A stretch of DNA of 63,997 nt, filler included, from Salisapilia sapeloensis CBS 127946 (GCA_023334545.1; 11 parts of 11 records of this genome joined end to end with filler, not necessarily neighbours in it), one strand, 5' to 3'. Counted from the first letter of the whole stretch, positions 45,514 through 57,436 are shown. Program-made: numbers and translations. The notes: generated by a model from the sequence alone, not told the origin.

Positions 45514-46439
45514 TTAACCACGGAAAGTGGCCGGGCGAGAAGCCTTGAAGATCGTGCGCGTGGACTTGGTCGGCGGGCGCGGGATACGACGCGTGAGCGG
45601 GAACTTGATCTTCGAGTCGTGGAACTGCTGGGTGGCCGGACGAATCGTGTCCTTCGCCTCCAAGATAGCCGTGCGCATGATCTGGATCGAGCGCGGGCGA
45701 GCACGGTGGCGACCAGCCATTTCAGCGTACATCTGCTCAACGGCACCGCAGAGCGTCAAGTTACGGTACTCCTTGTACATGTTGTGGGTACCGCTGCGAG
45801 AGTTGTAACGGATCCAGATACCGTAGTTCTTGATCACACGCTTGTTCTTCTCAACAATCTATAAATGAAACGTAAGTACATGTGAATTTAAACGTCGGGT
45901 ACGTAGTGAAGTACGTGAAGGTCGCGATGGGGTCCGTGTGTATTGGAGACTGGTACTGTCAGCATGACTTTCGAGACCATAAACGCCAGTAGAGAGTAAT
46001 CGTTTTCACAATATTATCTCCAGGATAAAACGTCCAATGACAAACATTAGCGCCATCCAAGCAACACAACGGATTCCCACCGCGATACCGAGAAGCGAGG
46101 CGGTTTGCAAGCTGGACCCATTCCGTACAGGAGCTGGGTCTCGTGGCAGACAAGCACCTTTTGACCGCTCCGGCAGATACATGACTTTGATTGAAAATCA
46201 TGTCTAGATCCCTTCACGTTTTAAACGGAAAAAGCTCAGACTAGGAAACGGACCTCGTTGACGTCGAGGATTTCACCCGTAGTCTTCTTCATCTTCTTCA
46301 TCTGGTGGAGGAAGTACCAGAAGCGGGACTTGGCAAGAACCTCATTCGGGGCGAAGATCTTCATACGGTAAGCAGGAGGGTTCGGCTCCTTCTCCGTGGG
46401 GGCCTTACGGCCAACGACCTGGAATTGACGCATCGGCAT
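45514..46439 (-). CDS. RPL18A: 60S ribosomal protein L18a (eL20); 2 exons (46439-46254, 45858-45514)
   Basis: [38 protein letters not shown]|[38 protein letters not shown]. 395-nt GT-AG intron 45859-46253. Confidence 0.97.
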
Positions 46440-46455
46440 ATTGACTCGAGAGCTC

Positions 46456-46469
46456 AAAAATGGGAATGG
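46456..46469 (-). promoter_or_regulatory. Oomycete Inr+FPR core promoter of RPL18A
   Basis: CCATTCCCATTTTT matches YCATTYBNNNWTTY, 17-30 nt upstream of the ATG. Confidence 0.6.
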
Positions 46470-47183
46470 AAGGTACGAGTATTGCGTTGGTTGGTGGACA
46501 CGGTCTGCCAGCTTTCATTGGACACCAAGATAATTTTAACCAATCAACAGGCTATATGTAAAAGTGGCTAAGAAAAGAATTTGTGTCAAGTAAGAATAAA
46601 TAAACCTCTGGACACTTGGATGAGATGCTCGTCGCAAATAGGGTCCGCAATCGCTTGCGAGATGAAATCTGGAGAAATTTTGATGGCTTTAGCAACTTTA
46701 CTATAGCTGAGTAACGCATGAGATTAAATCTGGTGGATACGATGAGCTATGCAATCCTGCTCCAAAAGTCGCGACTGCTTGAATGCATCGAAAATTTCGA
46801 CATTTAGAGGAAGTTGTAGCCGTAGATTGGCACCAGCTTGATGTCGACAGCCAACTTTCATTCAAAATCTCCAGCATACAACTTGGTTCCTTCACACAAG
46901 CGACGAAAGTCCTATTCTGCAGATTTCACAATAGGGTGCTCGACCTGAGTTGTTCGACTTTGGGCTGATTTTAGGCGCCTTGCTAGTCGGCTGGTGAGTC
47001 TTGAAGCTGCGAGTGCTCTGGATCCAAAGTGAAGTAGGTCGTAGAAGTAGGAAGAGGCTAGCAGATATCACTCACCCGAGANNNNNNNNNNNNNNNNNNN
47101 NNNNNNNNNNNNNNNNNNNNNNNNNTTAATTAATTAANNNNNNNNNNNNNNNNNNNNNNNNNNNNNNNNNNNNNNNNNNNNCA

Positions 47184-50100
47184 ATGGTGGACACACCGAC
47201 GATTTCGTACACGTCAAGTGCGACCATGACAGCGCATGGCTCGAGGCAGCTTCACCGAGATTTATCCGAGAAACTTTACGCTGCAAAGAGAGAACCTTTT
47301 CCGAAGGTAGAAGTTCGATTTCAAAACATATCGCTAAAGGCAGACGTAAAAGTGGCGAGTGATATGAATGATGCATCGAAGCACGCTAAGCAGCATGAAA
47401 TGCCGAGTATGATAAACGAATTAAAGAAACAAGTCTCTGGCATATTTACCAAACGGTATACCGTCCAGAAAACGATTTTAAATAACGTTTCTGGTGTCTT
47501 CAAACCCGGGACGCTGACTTTGGTTCTTGGTCAATCTGAATCAGGCAAATCGGCACTCATGAAACTCCTGGCTGGTCAATTTCCGATGGACAAATCTCTC
47601 TCTCTTGATGGCGATATCTCGTACAATGATCGCAGTCGAGACCAGTTACTTCGTCGCCTACCTCGTTTTGCCACTTACGTTGGCCAGATTGATAATCACT
47701 TCCCGATGCTCACTGTAGCTGAGACGTTGTCATTTGCGCATGAATGTTGCATTGGCAGTCCAGCCCAATCTGACTTCCAGCATTTCTTTCATGACGGAGC
47801 GGAGAAAGAGAACGCTGATGCAGTTGAAGCATTTGAGAGTGTCGTAAGACACGCGCCAGAAGTGGCAGCTCACGCGTTCGGACTACAAAATTGCTACAAT
47901 ACGGCTATCGGAGACTCACAGACACGAGGTGTATCAGGAGGTGAGCGCAAACGTGTAACGAGCGCTGAGATGGAGCTCGGTCTTCGCTATGTCAGTTTCC
48001 TGGACGAGATCAGCACTGGGCTCGATAGTGCTGCTACGTACGATATCGTGAACGCACATCGTAGTATGGCTGATCGCTTTAATAAGACGGTTGTCATGTC
48101 CCTATTACAGCCTCCACCAGAAGTATTTGAGCTTTTCGACAACGTCCTACTTTTACAGGATGGTGAAATGCTCTACAATGGTCCTCGCGAGGATGTGTTG
48201 AGCTATTTTAAGAGCATAGGCCTGACCTGTCCAGAAGATCGAGACACCGCAGATTTCTTGTGCGACTTAGCTTCGGACAAACAAGTGTTGTATGAGACCA
48301 CTCCAAATGATGGATGCGTTGCGAGTGCACCCCGAGATGCGACTGAATACGCCAAGTGTTTCCAGAATTCTTCCATGTTTACGAACTTACAGCAAGAACT
48401 GAGTACTCCAATTCAGCCTGAATTAGCCCAAGTGTCCACCCAGTATCTCGACCCACTGACCGAGTTTCAAAGAAGTTTCTTTGCTGAATTATGGGCGGTG
48501 ACCAAGAGACAGATGCTCATTCTGCTACGGAATACGTCGTTCCTAAAGATTCGTGGCTTTATGGTCATCATCATGTCACTCATATACGGCAGTCTGTTCT
48601 ACGACGTCGACATTTCGAATCCACAATTAGTTAGTGGTGTCGTCTTCTGCACGGCTGTGTTCCTCGGTCTTGCTCAAGCAGCCCTCATGCCCCTGATGTA
48701 TGACAGTAGGGAAGTCTTTTACAAGCATCGCGCTGCCAACTTCTATCGAACGTCGTCATATGTACTGGCAATAACGTTTAGCTTCGTTCCGTTGGCTTTC
48801 AGTGAATGTGCTACGTTCTCCACAATCATCTACTGGATTTGTGGTCTAGTTCCAACTGCAGCGCAATTCTTCTTCTTCGTGTTCTGCATGGTCCTCAACA
48901 ACATTGTCTTCCTCACCTTCTTCCTGTTCCTCACGTCATTGATTCCGTCCATCTACCAAGCGCAACCAGTGATGATGCTCACGCTTGAAGTCTTCATCAT
49001 TTACAGCGGCTTTATCCAGCCCTTCAGCAGTATCCACGACTGGCTTGTGTGGATCTATTGGCTCAATCCACTCGCTTGGTGCATTCGGAGCGTATTGGTA
49101 AGTCAGTATCGTCATCAAGAGTATGATGAATGCATCTATGGGTCGACAGACTATTGCGAGGAACACAACAATATGACCATGGGCGAATACTCCCTTAGCT
49201 TATACAGCGTTCCGTCTGAGAAGTTTTGGGAATGGCTCGGACTTGTTTACCTATTGTCCTACGCTGCTCTCTTCTCCACGACCGCCTACTTTCTATTAGA
49301 AAATTTTCGACATGTAAAGCCTTCGAGCATATCGGTAACTCGAGGAAAGAAACCTGAAGAAGATGAGAATGAGACTTCTATCGTCCAAGACAATGGCTAT
49401 ACATCTATCGAGACCCCTCGTGATCATGACAAGGCTAAAACGGATATGGGAATTCATGTTGATCATCCACACGAAAAGCTTTTTACTCCGGTTACCATTG
49501 CTTTCCGCAACCTACGATACAGCGTCCCGGTATCCAAGACAAAGGATCAACCACAAGGCTCGATCGAGCTACTTAAAGGAATCACTGGCTACGCTATGCC
49601 AGGGTCCATGACCGCTCTGATGGGATCATCTGGCGCTGGCAAGACGACGCTCATGGATGTCATCGCTGGTCGTAAGACTGCCGGGAAGATGCAAGGAGAC
49701 ATTTTAATAAATGGGCATCCTGCATCCAGCCTTGCCATGCGTCGGTCAACAGGCTATTGCGAACAGGACGACATCCATTCTCAAGCGACAACGTTTCGGG
49801 AAGCATTGACGTTCAGTGCTTTCTTACGCCAAGGTCAGGATGTACCAGACAGTAAGAAATATGAGACCGTCCAAGAATGTCTAGAGCTTCTTGGCTTGGA
49901 AAGCATTGCTGACAAAATAGTCCGTGGGAGTCCACCAGAACAATTAAAGCGACTGACGATTGGCGTGGAACTAGCTGCTCAACCAAGTGTTTTGTTCTTG
50001 GATGAACCGACAAGTGGATTAGATGCACGAAAGGCGAAGCTTGTGATGGAAGGTGTACGGTCTGTCGCTGACTCTGGACGAACCGTTCTGTGTACAATCC

Positions 50101-51380
50101 ATCAACCATCGTCGGAGGTCTTCTTTATGTTTGATAAGCTTTTGCTTTTAAAGCATGGCGGGGAGACCGTTTACTTTGGTGATGTCGGGCATGAAGGTAC
50201 AGCCATCGTCGATTATTTTTCAAAATATCCTTCTGCCCATGGCATGCCAGAAGACTACAATCCTTCCACTTGGATGCTGGAAGTGATTGGTGCTGGCGTG
50301 GGTCAGGGCGAACAACGCCACAAGAATTATGACGAGATCGACTTTGTCCAGTCGTTTAATGAAAGCAAAGCGAAAGAGGAACTTGATGCACAACTCGATC
50401 GACCCGGTGTATTCGCGCCGTTGGATGGATCCGAAGAGCTTTTGTACCGTCAAAAACGAGCATCAAGTAATTGGACGCAAATCAAATTGCTGCTGCAAAA
50501 ATTCTTCCGAATGTACTGGCGGACACCAGAGTACACGCTGACTCGTATGCAATTGATTCTGGCGATTGCCATTATCGAAGGTCTGATGCTACTTGGCAAT
50601 GGCTATGACGATTACCAAAGCATCAACGCTGGTGTTGGTGTCCTCTTCTGCAGTAGCATGTTTTCTGGCGTCCAGTCCTTCTCTAGCATACTTCCTCTGG
50701 TCTACGACGAACGTGGTGTCTACTACCGAGAACGGGCCGCAGAAACGTACAATGCCATTTGGTACTTTTTGGCGTTCGTTGTCGTTGAAATCCCATACGT
50801 ACTTGTGGCAACTTTCACTTGTACAGCCTTCTTCTTCCCGATGGCTGGCTTTACTGGCGTTGGAACGTGGCTGCAGTATTGGATCGCAATTTCTCTGCAG
50901 ATTCTACTTCATGCGTACTTGGGTCAATTCCTTATGTTCGCACTGCCTAGCATGGAAGTTGCCAGTATCCTTGGTATGGTCTTTAACGAAAGCTTCCAAT
51001 ACTTTACCGGGTATAATCCACCCGCGAAACAGATCCCACAGGGATACAAATGGCTCTACGAGTTTACACCGCAGAGGTTTGCATGGAGCATGCAGGTAGC
51101 ACTTGCGCTTGGAGACTGTCCGGATGACCAAATGGAAGAGATCGAAGCAACGAATCGGACAATCGACGTAAGTGATTGGAATATTGGCTGCCAATATGTT
51201 GACGAGGCACCGGATTCGATTGGTATTTACAAGCCTACGAACATGGAGTACCTTCGGGAGGTATTTGGTGTCGATCTAGATGAAATGGGACGATATTGGG
51301 GACTCTACTTGGCGGTACTCGTCGTCCTGTGGTTGCTAACGGCACTTGCGATGCGATTCTTAAACTACATGAAAAAGTAG
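47184..51380 (+). CDS. Full-size ABCG (PDR-type) transporter
   Basis: NBD1 GQSESGKS, VSGGERKRV, LDEISTGLDS; TMD; NBD2 GSSGAGKTT, EQLKRLTIGVEL, LFLDEPTSGLD; TMD. 1398 aa, NBD-TMD twice. Confidence 0.95.
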   Translation: MVDTPTISYTSSATMTAHGSRQLHRDLSEKLYAAKREPFPKVEVRFQNISLKADVKVASDMNDASKHAKQHEMPSMINELKKQVSGIFTKRYTVQKTILNNVSGVFKPGTLTLVLGQSESGKSALMKLLAGQFPMDKSLSLDGDISYNDRSRDQLLRRLPRFATYVGQIDNHFPMLTVAETLSFAHECCIGSPAQSDFQHFFHDGAEKENADAVEAFESVVRHAPEVAAHAFGLQNCYNTAIGDSQTRGVSGGERKRVTSAEMELGLRYVSFLDEISTGLDSAATYDIVNAHRSMADRFNKTVVMSLLQPPPEVFELFDNVLLLQDGEMLYNGPREDVLSYFKSIGLTCPEDRDTADFLCDLASDKQVLYETTPNDGCVASAPRDATEYAKCFQNSSMFTNLQQELSTPIQPELAQVSTQYLDPLTEFQRSFFAELWAVTKRQMLILLRNTSFLKIRGFMVIIMSLIYGSLFYDVDISNPQLVSGVVFCTAVFLGLAQAALMPLMYDSREVFYKHRAANFYRTSSYVLAITFSFVPLAFSECATFSTIIYWICGLVPTAAQFFFFVFCMVLNNIVFLTFFLFLTSLIPSIYQAQPVMMLTLEVFIIYSGFIQPFSSIHDWLVWIYWLNPLAWCIRSVLVSQYRHQEYDECIYGSTDYCEEHNNMTMGEYSLSLYSVPSEKFWEWLGLVYLLSYAALFSTTAYFLLENFRHVKPSSISVTRGKKPEEDENETSIVQDNGYTSIETPRDHDKAKTDMGIHVDHPHEKLFTPVTIAFRNLRYSVPVSKTKDQPQGSIELLKGITGYAMPGSMTALMGSSGAGKTTLMDVIAGRKTAGKMQGDILINGHPASSLAMRRSTGYCEQDDIHSQATTFREALTFSAFLRQGQDVPDSKKYETVQECLELLGLESIADKIVRGSPPEQLKRLTIGVELAAQPSVLFLDEPTSGLDARKAKLVMEGVRSVADSGRTVLCTIHQPSSEVFFMFDKLLLLKHGGETVYFGDVGHEGTAIVDYFSKYPSAHGMPEDYNPSTWMLEVIGAGVGQGEQRHKNYDEIDFVQSFNESKAKEELDAQLDRPGVFAPLDGSEELLYRQKRASSNWTQIKLLLQKFFRMYWRTPEYTLTRMQLILAIAIIEGLMLLGNGYDDYQSINAGVGVLFCSSMFSGVQSFSSILPLVYDERGVYYRERAAETYNAIWYFLAFVVVEIPYVLVATFTCTAFFFPMAGFTGVGTWLQYWIAISLQILLHAYLGQFLMFALPSMEVASILGMVFNESFQYFTGYNPPAKQIPQGYKWLYEFTPQRFAWSMQVALALGDCPDDQMEEIEATNRTIDVSDWNIGCQYVDEAPDSIGIYKPTNMEYLREVFGVDLDEMGRYWGLYLAVLVVLWLLTALAMRFLNYMKK

Positions 51381-51955
51381 TTTGTGATAATTTGACAACA
51401 TAATGCATTGAAACTTATGGAAATCAGCCCTTTGCTTCATCGCTTCCTGCGCCTCATACTTGCGTTGTTACAGTATACCCAATTCAAGTTCATAGCTGAA
51501 AACTTCCATCCCTGTTACCTCTTCCATTGCTATTATCAACGTTTTAATCCATCGTTAGACAGAATTGCGTAGTAGAATTGCATTCTAGATTTGTGCGCCT
51601 GACTCTATTACACTTTTGATCCCATTGACCAAAAAATACTTCTCTCTTAATCGTAACTTGTGGACAACAGCTATGGCCAATTCACGTATAGGCACTTAGC
51701 AGAAGTAAATGAAGCTCATTGGTAATTATAAGGTTATCATCTCTAAAATTTGTGCTGCATCCCGAGTGGCGAAAACGATTGTATGTAGATTGCATCCCCA
51801 AACGAAACAGTCACGGTAGCGCTATTAATCGTCTGTCTCTTTGGAGAAAGCCTGANNNNNNNNNNNNNNNNNNNNNNNNNNNNNNNNNNNNNNNNNNNNT
51901 TAATTAATTAANNNNNNNNNNNNNNNNNNNNNNNNNNNNNNNNNNNNNNNNNNNN

Positions 51956-52147
51956 CGAGATCGATCCGCTGCACACGACGTGCGCTCGCTTCGCTTCAAA
52001 GTCCACCACAGCCGACACCACTCCATCGAGACTCCGGAGGGCATTCTGGACGGTCGTGCCACAATTCTTCATGCACATCATCCCTTCCACCGCGAGCATT
52101 ACGCTTCGCGTCGGAGCTGCCGCAGCTCCAGTCGTTGACACCGTCAT
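51956..52147 (-). CDS. 5' fragment of a heavy-metal-associated (HMA) domain protein, probably a P1B Cu-ATPase; cut by gap
   Basis: VMLAVEGMMCMKNCGTTVQNALRSLDGVVSAVVDFEAKRAHV. Confidence 0.75.
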
Positions 52148-53214
52148 GGTGAATTGCTTTCTAGCGCAAATCGTGTTCTGGTCCAGACAGAGCACGCGCC
52201 GCCTGCAAATAGACGTTTTCGCCTAAAGCACATGATTTCAGCACGTGGCCCGGTAAAACGTGTCCATTCGGCTTAAACTGTGATTGAGTATAGACCCGAA
52301 ATGTTTGAAAAGTATCCCAACTGGTTTTTACTGACAGCACTGAGATGCGTAGATTGCGTGGTCGAATTGGGCAAGTTGATACGCTTCCTCAATAAGCTCT
52401 AGGGGAGTGATTATCGAAGAGTCTAAACTTCGCTTTTAGCTCATGCCACGTCGATAAAAGATGTTCTGGAAACCATTTTCTGATAGTGTTAAGGGAGCTT
52501 TTGGATACTTTAACACGCAACAAGCTTGGCAATCTAACATGTCAAGAGCTGTATCCGTTCGCATTATGTCATGTAGGTTAGCTACCATGCGCTTTGGCTA
52601 TATTTAGACCGATAACTGGAGCTCCTTCATTGAAGCTGTGTGCCTAGGTATCTCATCAAGCGAGCCAGGTGTCTTAGATTTTACATACCATCAAATTTGC
52701 GCTTATAACACGTAATAGTCTTCATAAATTACTGTAGAACGCAGACTGACAGCGTAGACTGACTAATGTCTATACGCCCAGTACCACTCTCTTTCGCTCA
52801 ATGACCTTTCGTTGTCGTTCTCTCAAAGAATATGGTGTACTCATCTTTTCTTCGTAATAAAGATCGAGGACCTTTGCTCTATGAACATCTGAATTCGTAT
52901 CAGCTTTGTTCAATTCAACTTTACTTGGATGCCCGGAAACGATGCTCGTGTACTAAATTGGATCAGAGCAATCGCTATGGAAAAGTACACTGTTCCGGTT
53001 ATGTTTGCTTGAGCAATTTACAGATACAAATCAGAGCCATGACAGGTACACTCTTCCGAATGCCGATCAGACACTTCAATAACATGACGCGATGTATTAA
53101 TTGAAAGCCTTGCTATTCCGAGCACTTTGACAACCTTTTCACTACTTATTCCGATGGAAACTACTACTGCTGTCAAAGAAGATAAAGTTAAAACATAGTC
53201 ATAAAGAAAAAGAT

Positions 53215-53287
53215 TGCTCCCTGCCAGGCTCGAACTGGCGACCTTCAGATTATGAGACTGACGCTCTACCAACTGAGCCAAAGGAGC
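53215..53287 (-). tRNA. tRNA-Met: tRNA-Met (CAU), elongator
   Basis: GCTCCTT/AGGGAGC acceptor stem, D arm, CAT anticodon, GTTCGAG T loop, 73 nt, followed by a T5 Pol III terminator. Confidence 0.97.
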
Positions 53288-53629
53288 TATATGATCCCTC
53301 ATCCACTAAGCCATACATCAACCAACGCAAATGGCAAACATACAAATAGTTCATATGCTCTGCACTCATAAGATGCCCGTGCGGGAACGATGACAGCATC
53401 GTTCGCGTCAAACAGTGCAGCCCGTCACATATCGCTCCTATGAACATCCTTCACCGANNNNNNNNNNNNNNNNNNNNNNNNNNNNNNNNNNNNNNNNNNN
53501 NTTAATTAATTAANNNNNNNNNNNNNNNNNNNNNNNNNNNNNNNNNNNNNNNNNNNNCCGTTTACATTTAGTTGACACGACGAGTTTATGGCATTATCAA
53601 ATTAGCTCTCTGGCACCAACTTCGGAGTC

Positions 53630-54898
53630 ATGACGACGCAGTGGACGGCAGACGGATACGAAGGCTTCTCCCTCCCAGAGTCAAAGAAGGATGACTGCAA
53701 ACGCATTGCGATGATACTCGTGCACGAAGCACTCCGGCATTACCAAAAATTCGATCGCGCTATACCTCGAGAATTGGACCGCAGACGCTGGAAGCCTATC
53801 AAGTCGTCCGGTAACGTGACCATGTACCGAGAGCGGCATCCATCTCGACGCGTTGTGAAAGACTCGTACACCAGCAGTACTGGTTGGCAAATGCCTCGTG
53901 TTATTGTCGGTAATGGAACGATTTCAAAAAACATCGACGACTTATTATTCGGTCTCGCGTACGGCGACGAGGCAGCAGTTTTGCAAGGTATGACCTACTC
54001 TGGATCGCCACTAACGAATTGTCAAATTCTATCGGCCATCGAAAAGCCGACTCTGGAGCATCCATATCGATGCACTTTTCTCCAATGGCATGCTGGTAGT
54101 CCAAGCCCAGCACTCCGAGGGGTTGTCAAAGACCGAGATTCCGTTTACATTCGAGCGACTGGGATCCTCCAAGTTAGCAAAGACGAACGCATCGGGTACA
54201 ATCTCATGCATTCAATCGACTTGCCGACGACTCCTCCGCTTGAAGGAAGAGGCACTATACGGGGACGTCTTTCAACTTGTAACCTTTTCAAGCCCACTGG
54301 TGATCAATCGGTCGAAGTGTTCATCAAGGGTTATTATGAAGTAATGGGAAACAACCTTCTCGACTCCATCGCTGTCGTCACCGTGGCCAGTGGACTCGTT
54401 GATACTTGGACTTCTGGCCAATGTGCGAAGCTGAAGAAGCTTTCTTGGCTTTTACAGAGGAAGAATGCGAACAAGAATGATGTCGCGGAATTCCTTGGCG
54501 CTAGCGGAGTTGAAAACAGGTCAAACTGTCGATCTTGCAAGAAGCGGTTTGGTCCCTTACGCAAAGCTTATCCATGCACCTTGTGCGATTCATCAGTCTG
54601 CGGGAAGTGCCTTCTTTCCTCAGAGCTGTTCGAGGTCGTTCCCGAACTAAAACTCATGGCCAAGAAGATTCGCCTCTGCCCCACTTGTGACCAATTCACC
54701 GATCAAGTCAGCTCGTACAAAGTAGCCCGACAAGAAATCCTAGCTGGGAGGTACGAAAAAGGTGGCACTGGGTCTACCGTCGTGGAGCCGTCCAGAATCG
54801 TTCAATTAGCTGAAGACTCGACGGGCTGGTCTGGTCGAGAATCCTGCACCGGCGAACTCTATGAGTTTGATTCGGATCAACTCAGCCCTTCAACGACA
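53630..54898 (+). CDS. START-like + FYVE-like zinc finger protein; 3' end cut by gap
   Basis: RRWKPIKSSGNVTMYRE, VKDRDSVY, IGYNLMHSIDLP, RGRLS, VEVFIKG; CRSCKKRF...CTLCDSSVCGKC...LCPTC. Confidence 0.8.
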
Positions 54899-55007
54899 NN
54901 NNNNNNNNNNNNNNNNNNNNNNNNNNNNNNNNNNNNNNNNNNTTAATTAATTAANNNNNNNNNNNNNNNNNNNNNNNNNNNNNNNNNNNNNNNNNNNNAA
55001 GCAGAAA

Positions 55008-55274
55008 TCAAATGTCTCGCGTCGTCGCTTTTTTGGCATGATACATTATATTTCTGCCGTCATGGTCTTTTACATTCGGGTTTGCTCCCCATTCAGCCAA
55101 CATCCTTGCCGCTTCTACGTGTCCCATCCGAGCAGCCCTATGAAGCGGAGTCGAGCCATCTTCATTCTGCTTGTTCACATCTCCACCGTTACGAATCATC
55201 TTGCGAACGCCTTCTACATCCCCTGCCTTAGCGTACTTCCATAGCTTTTCATCTGTACTTTCAATTTTAACCAT
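55008..55274 (-). CDS. Small (88 aa) ankyrin-repeat protein
   Basis: LWKYAKAGDVEGVRKMIRNGGDVN, GSTPLHRAARMGHVEAARMLAEWGANPNVKD; ATG and TGA both present. Confidence 0.75.
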   Translation of the reverse strand: MVKIESTDEKLWKYAKAGDVEGVRKMIRNGGDVNKQNEDGSTPLHRAARMGHVEAARMLAEWGANPNVKDHDGRNIMYHAKKATTRDI

Positions 55275-56178
55275 CGACAGTCTTTGATGTAGGACTCGAT
55301 GCTGCGCCGAATGGAAACTTGGGCTTAGATAGTCGAAATGATAAATGCTGTCTCTGGGTAATGACCAGAGTAGAGAGGGAGCGGATTGTTTAAGTGGATA
55401 CTTCCAGACTATCCATTCGAAAAAGCAACGGGAAAGCAGTACGATCCAACAAAAGAAATCGCTTCGGCGTCATCGAGATATTCGAAAACAGCACGAAGTA
55501 TTTATAAAGTCAAAGAGTGTTTTGATGTCATTTATTCGTGGTCATGGCGTTTAGTATATTCTGCGGCTTGATAGATGGCCAAGTTGCATCTACTTATAAG
55601 CACTTGAGCATACTTGTCATACCCCAAGTGTACCCTTCAACTGAACTCAGTTGGATTCTTCTAAAAGCGTCCCGCCTGATCTATATTGTACTCTTTTTAG
55701 CCGCAAGTATGCTTGTGATGGCGTCACTTGTCCGATAGATGTCTTGTTCTACTATCACTGTTCTTGCAGCAGGAGCTGTGCCCGGTATAGATCGTAGGTA
55801 TGCATTAACTGGCATAAATATAAATGAAAAAAGTTTGACAAGAAGATCAATGCTTGGATTTTCGTAGGGAATATAATCACTAGTACCGTGTCCATTTATT
55901 AGGCTTTCAAGTGCCAAATGAACTTGTACTCGCAATCGCGACGGAGACTATCGAAAGTGTTTTTTCAATCAGGTAGATTTTGAGTGTTACTTTCTAGGAT
56001 CCTGCATACGGCCGCTACTCTACAGCGCACACATTGAAACGAATTGACTTTGCCTTGAAAGAGGTCCGTCTCACTTCNNNNNNNNNNNNNNNNNNNNNNN
56101 NNNNNNNNNNNNNNNNNNNNNTTAATTAATTAANNNNNNNNNNNNNNNNNNNNNNNNNNNNNNNNNNNNNNNNNNNNC

Positions 56179-56682
56179 TGCAGCACTTGCGACCAATTTG
56201 TTAGTCAAGTCAATTCGTATAAAGTTGCTCGACAAGAAATTCGAGCTGGCAGATATGAAAAGGGGGGAAGTGGATCCACAATCGTTGAGCCATCCAGAAT
56301 ATCTCAGCTGGAGGAAGAAAGGAGTGCTTGGTCAGGTAGAGAGTCCTGTTCCGGCGAAATCTACGAGTTTGGCTCGGATGTATTTAGCCCTTCGTCTTCG
56401 AGGTCAATAAGTGCATTCGCCCAATTTACATCATTCAGTGACGAGACTCCAATAATTGAGTCGAAGAGAAGGTCGTCGGATGAAGGTTCTATCATGCGTG
56501 GCGCTTCTACTGATGAAGAGGAATGGGATATGATTATTGAAAATATATGGAGGAGTAACTCGATGGAACTCGATTTGAGTGCACAAGAGCGCGATCGACA
56601 GCTGGCATGGTTAAAGATGACCGAGCTTCGCCTTCGGCAGGAAGATTCGATCAGTGCAGCATCGAATAATGTGGCTAAGTGA
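56179..56682 (+). CDS. 3' fragment of a paralog of the START-FYVE gene
   Basis: Open from the contig start: CSTCDQFVSQVNSYKVARQEIRAGRYEKGGSGSTIVEPSR aligns with CPTCDQFTDQVSSYKVARQEILAGRYEKGGTGSTVVEPSR. Confidence 0.8.
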   Translation, partial: CSTCDQFVSQVNSYKVARQEIRAGRYEKGGSGSTIVEPSRISQLEEERSAWSGRESCSGEIYEFGSDVFSPSSSRSISAFAQFTSFSDETPIIESKRRSSDEGSIMRGASTDEEEWDMIIENIWRSNSMELDLSAQERDRQLAWLKMTELRLRQEDSISAASNNVAK

Positions 56683-57048
56683 TAATTATACTTAAACGTA
56701 AGTTGAATCGATTTGTATTCGTTCGCAAGAGGTTTTATTTAAAGATGTCTGTATCGTGGCCACCCGACAAAGGGAATATCAAAAATAAAATCTGTAGTTG
56801 ATACTCTGGAGATCGGTCGTTACTAGGTCACATATTTGCCCAGGATCCACAGGTCGTTTCAAGACGTTTTACTTTCTGCTGGATCGAAATCCTAAACACT
56901 CGCAATATCTTTAAAGGCTGTTTCGACTTTATCTTAGATGACCAGATCGCTGAAACTCCTATTTCCTCTATCGCATTTCTTCTTTGCTTTACACTTCAGC
57001 ACCCATTCCGAAATGGATACCAAGCGAATGCATTTCCTTTGCTCAGTA

Positions 57049-57240
57049 TTAAGTTTGCTCTAGACCAAACAAGGCACCTACAACTGCACGTTTCATTGCT
57101 TTATGCTCGTGGAAACCTGCACAGACTCCCAAACCTCTTTCTGATGTGGCGTTCATTGAAACCCGAGCATGTGGGTCATTTTCGACGCAGTACGCAGCTG
57201 TGAGAACCCATTGGGTTGGATGAGTGCACCAAAACAAGGG
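57049..57240 (-). pseudogene. Trypsin-like serine protease remnant
   Basis: CFGALIQP, frameshift, then QWVLTAAYC. Confidence 0.55.
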
Positions 57241-57436
57241 TATTGACGCGTTGCGATTGTGGCAGTGTACGACATTGCAATCAGCTCTTGACCCAATGCG
57301 GATGAATAACTAACATCAGGTATAGATGGTTGTGANNNNNNNNNNNNNNNNNNNNNNNNNNNNNNNNNNNNNNNNNNNNTTAATTAATTAANNNNNNNNN
57401 NNNNNNNNNNNNNNNNNNNNNNNNNNNNNNNNNNNA

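Noticed and set aside
45859-46253. RPL18A intron as RNase MRP/P, U3, U17/snR30, SRP RNA or TPP riboswitch
   Set aside because: Only partial resemblance (e.g. CACACGG); diagnostic conserved boxes not found.
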